Source of the DNA: Gaiellaceae bacterium
GTDB lineage: Bacteria; Actinomycetota; Thermoleophilia; Gaiellales; Gaiellaceae
Assembly (NCBI GenBank): GCA_035702645.1
Contig: DASSQE010000044.1
Coordinates: forward strand, 9,620 to 73,619
Length of the DNA stretch: 64,000 nucleotides
Reading direction: 5' to 3'
Positions 61,865-64,000 of this stretch are shown here, piece by piece; positions within the stretch are counted from its first letter, which is position 1; the number at the start of each line of letters is the position of its first letter. A model generated the notes under the pieces. It was not told the origin of the DNA, searched no databases, and saw only the letters and a list, made by a program, of their open reading frames with translations. Both the position numbers and the translations under genes were made by a program.

Positions 61865-63577
61865 ATGGCGACGACGCTGCCTCGGAACGCCGACGTCGCC
61901 GACCAGCTCGACCTCCTCGCCGACCTCTCCGAGATCCTCGGCGAGGAGTCGTTCAAGATCATCGCCTACCGCCGGGCGGCGACGCGGATCCGCGAAACGC
62001 CTGCGCCGGTCGCCGAGCTCGCGCTCGAAGGCAGGGCGAAGGAGCTGCCCGGCGTGGGGAGGACGATCGAGGGGAAGGTCGTCGAGATCGTCGAGGAGGG
62101 CGAGATCCAGGCGCTCAAGCGTCGCCGGGAGCGGGTTCCGGAGGGCGTCGTGGACTTCCTCCGGCTTCCGGGGGTCGGCCCGAAGACCGCAGCCCGGATC
62201 TGGACGGAGCTCGGGATCACCACGCTCGACGCCCTGCGGGCGGCGGCGGAGGAGCAACGCTTGCGGGAGCTCTCCGGGATGGGCGCGACGAGCGAGGAGA
62301 AGATCCTGCGCGCCCTCGAGGCGGGGGCGGGTCAGCAGAAGGAGAAGCGGGGCCTACTCGGACGCGCGCTCCCGGCCGTGCATCGTGTCGTCGCCGAGCT
62401 GCAGGCGCATCCGGCCGCGATCCAGGTATCGGAGGCCGGGAGCGTGAGGCGCCGCCGCGAGACGGTCCGCGATCTCGATCTCATCGCGACCTCGAGCGAC
62501 GCTCCCGCCCTCATCGCCGCCTTCTGCGAGGCGGCCTGGGTCTCCGAGGTCGTCGTCCGCGGCGACACGAAGGCGACGGTCGTCAGCCACGACAGCCTGC
62601 GCTTCGACCTCCGCGTCGTCGCGCCGGAGTGCTTCGGCAACGTCCTCCAGCACTTCACCGGCTCGAAGGATCACAACATCGCGCTCCGCGAGGAGGCGCA
62701 GCGACGGGGCCTCTCCATCTCCGAGTACGGCGTGACCACCGCGGAGAGCGGCGAGGTGGTCACGCACCCGAGCGAGGAGGAGCTCTACGCCTACCTCGGA
62801 TACGCCTACGTGCCGCCCGAGCTCCGCGAGTCGAGTGGGGAGATCGCCGCCGCCCGCAGCGGTGAGCTTCCGGAGCTCGTCGAGCTCTCCGATCTCCGCG
62901 GCGAGCTGCACTGCCACTCGACCTGGTCCCAGGACGGGAAGGGGACGATCGAGGAGATGGCGACCTCCGCGGCGAGCCGCGGCTATCGCTATCTGTGCCT
63001 GACCGACCACTCGCACTACCTCCGCGACGGCCGTCTCGAGCAGCAGTGGCGGGAGATCGAGCAGGTCAACCAGCGGCTGAAGCCGTTTCGTGTGCTCCGA
63101 GGGATCGAGGTGAACATCCGCGCGGACGGGATGCTCGACGTCTCCGACGAGGTGCTCGCCGAGCTCGACTGGGTGGTGGCATCGCTCCACACCTCCTTCG
63201 AGCGGTCGCCGACCGAGCGCATCCTCGCGGCGATCGACAACCCGCACGTCGACTCGATCGGCCATCTCACGGGTCGCCGGCTGACACGTCGCGAGGGTGC
63301 GCACATCGATGTCGAGCGCGTCGTCCAACAGGCAGCTGAGACGCGGACTGCGCTCGAGATCAACTCCCAGCCGGACCGGCTCGACCTGCGGGACACGCAC
63401 GCGAGGCTCGCCGGCGAGGCCGGCGTTCTCGTTCCGGTGACCACGGACGCCCACTCGGTCGGCGCGCTCGGCTACGCGGAGCTCGGCATCGGGCAGGCAC
63501 GCCGCGCTTGGCTGACGAAGGATCAGGTGCTGAACACGCGCTCGTGGCGCGACGTCCAGCGGGCAATGAAGCGGTGA
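61865..63577 (+). CDS. polX: PolX-family DNA polymerase with C-terminal PHP phosphoesterase domain
   Basis: HhH motifs (LPGVGRT, LPGVGPKTA), the pol beta-like core, and PHP motifs (HCHSTWSQDG, LTDH, GHLTGR). Confidence 0.9.
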   Translation: MATTLPRNADVADQLDLLADLSEILGEESFKIIAYRRAATRIRETPAPVAELALEGRAKELPGVGRTIEGKVVEIVEEGEIQALKRRRERVPEGVVDFLRLPGVGPKTAARIWTELGITTLDALRAAAEEQRLRELSGMGATSEEKILRALEAGAGQQKEKRGLLGRALPAVHRVVAELQAHPAAIQVSEAGSVRRRRETVRDLDLIATSSDAPALIAAFCEAAWVSEVVVRGDTKATVVSHDSLRFDLRVVAPECFGNVLQHFTGSKDHNIALREEAQRRGLSISEYGVTTAESGEVVTHPSEEELYAYLGYAYVPPELRESSGEIAAARSGELPELVELSDLRGELHCHSTWSQDGKGTIEEMATSAASRGYRYLCLTDHSHYLRDGRLEQQWREIEQVNQRLKPFRVLRGIEVNIRADGMLDVSDEVLAELDWVVASLHTSFERSPTERILAAIDNPHVDSIGHLTGRRLTRREGAHIDVERVVQQAAETRTALEINSQPDRLDLRDTHARLAGEAGVLVPVTTDAHSVGALGYAELGIGQARRAWLTKDQVLNTRSWRDVQRAMKR

Positions 63578-64000
63578 GCACGTTCCGCGAGGACGGGGCC
63601 GCGGCGCTCGACTGGGTCGCCTCCTACCTCGAGCGCGTGCCCGAGCTTCCGGTCTTGTCGCAGGTCGAGCCCGGCGCGATCCGCAACGCGCTGCCGGCGT
63701 CGGCGCCCGACGAGCCCGAGGCGTTCTCGGCGATCCTCGCCGACCTCGACACCGTGCTCATGCCGGGGTTGTCCCACTCGCAGAGCCCGCGCTGGTTCGC
63801 CTACTTCGCGATCACCGGCTCCGAACCGGGCATCCTGGCGGAGCTCCTGATCGCAGGGCTCAACCAGCTTGGAATCCTGTGGCGGACGTCGCCCGCCCTG
63901 CAGGAGCTCGAGGAGGTCACGCTCGACTGGCTCGCGCAGCTCCTCGGGTTGCCGGCCGGCCTGCACGGGCATCTCGAGGACACGGCCTCGACGAGCACGC
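63574..64000 (+). CDS. Group II PLP-dependent decarboxylase (aromatic-L-amino-acid decarboxylase-like), 3' end cut by the window edge
   Basis: Not in the ORF track because no stop falls in the window. The GTG at 63574 overlaps the polX stop (GTGA). Translation: VSTFREDGAAALDWVASYLE...MPGLSHSQSPRWFAYFAITGSEPGILAELL, typical of the N-terminal region of group II decarboxylases. Confidence 0.7.
   Translation, partial: MSTFREDGAAALDWVASYLERVPELPVLSQVEPGAIRNALPASAPDEPEAFSAILADLDTVLMPGLSHSQSPRWFAYFAITGSEPGILAELLIAGLNQLGILWRTSPALQELEEVTLDWLAQLLGLPAGLHGHLEDTASTST

Overview
High-GC (roughly 70%) bacterial chromosome segment with an Actinobacteria-like gene order. All calls come from motif recognition by eye; no search was run.

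The window covers the replication-origin neighbourhood: parB-parA-(hypothetical)-rsmG-jag-yidC-yidD-rnpA-rpmH, then an oriC-like DnaA-box cluster, then dnaA-dnaN-recF-DUF721(dciA-like)-gyrB-gyrA.

Left of the origin:
- arsC fragment, arginase, a methyltransferase, tRNA-Phe and an amidase.
- A 13.8-kb run of 15 same-strand genes: two-component system, moaC-mogA-UbiA prenyltransferase-ccmABCD, a DUF62 SAM hydroxide adenosyltransferase and narGHJI.
- M28 peptidase, moeA, a GT2, a class A PBP, a CPBP protease, a bifunctional nuclease and tRNA-Ile.

Right of the origin:
- SPFH/NfeD pair and a cell-wall amidase.
- fabZ-fabH-fabD-fabG-fabF, GNAT, HAD, an atypical arginase-fold gene and accD-accA.
- ligD, NDH-2 and a TIGR00725/LOG-like gene.
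- An operon of GT2-trxA-MrfA/YprA-like helicase-YCII-YCII-COG4941 sigma factor, divergent from polX, which is coupled to a partial PLP decarboxylase.

I see no rRNA, CRISPR, transposase, integrase, prophage or recognisable defence island. Coding density is very high and base composition is uniform apart from a few short GC-poor intergenic regions. This looks like core genome, and I cannot point to a convincing self-contained novel multi-gene system.

The most unusual items:
1. A tandem DnaA-box-like array abutting the ligD start, about 22 kb from dnaA.
2. A 20-bp perfect parS-like palindrome in the 3' end of the histidine kinase gene, upstream of moaC.
3. A translationally coupled moaC-mogA-ubiA-ccmABCD operon, with an orphan System I heme exporter, upstream of nar.
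4. An arginase-fold paralog with an N-terminal zinc ribbon and GGCCCAH in place of GGDHS.
5. The helicase/YCII/sigma operon, with a LexA-box-like palindrome in its 60-bp divergent region shared with polX.
6. recF without any ATG/GTG/TTG start.
7. A terminator-like hairpin ending 1 nt before the gyrB ATG.

The many long Arg/Pro/Gly-rich ORFs in the six-frame track are off-frame or antisense artefacts of high GC.
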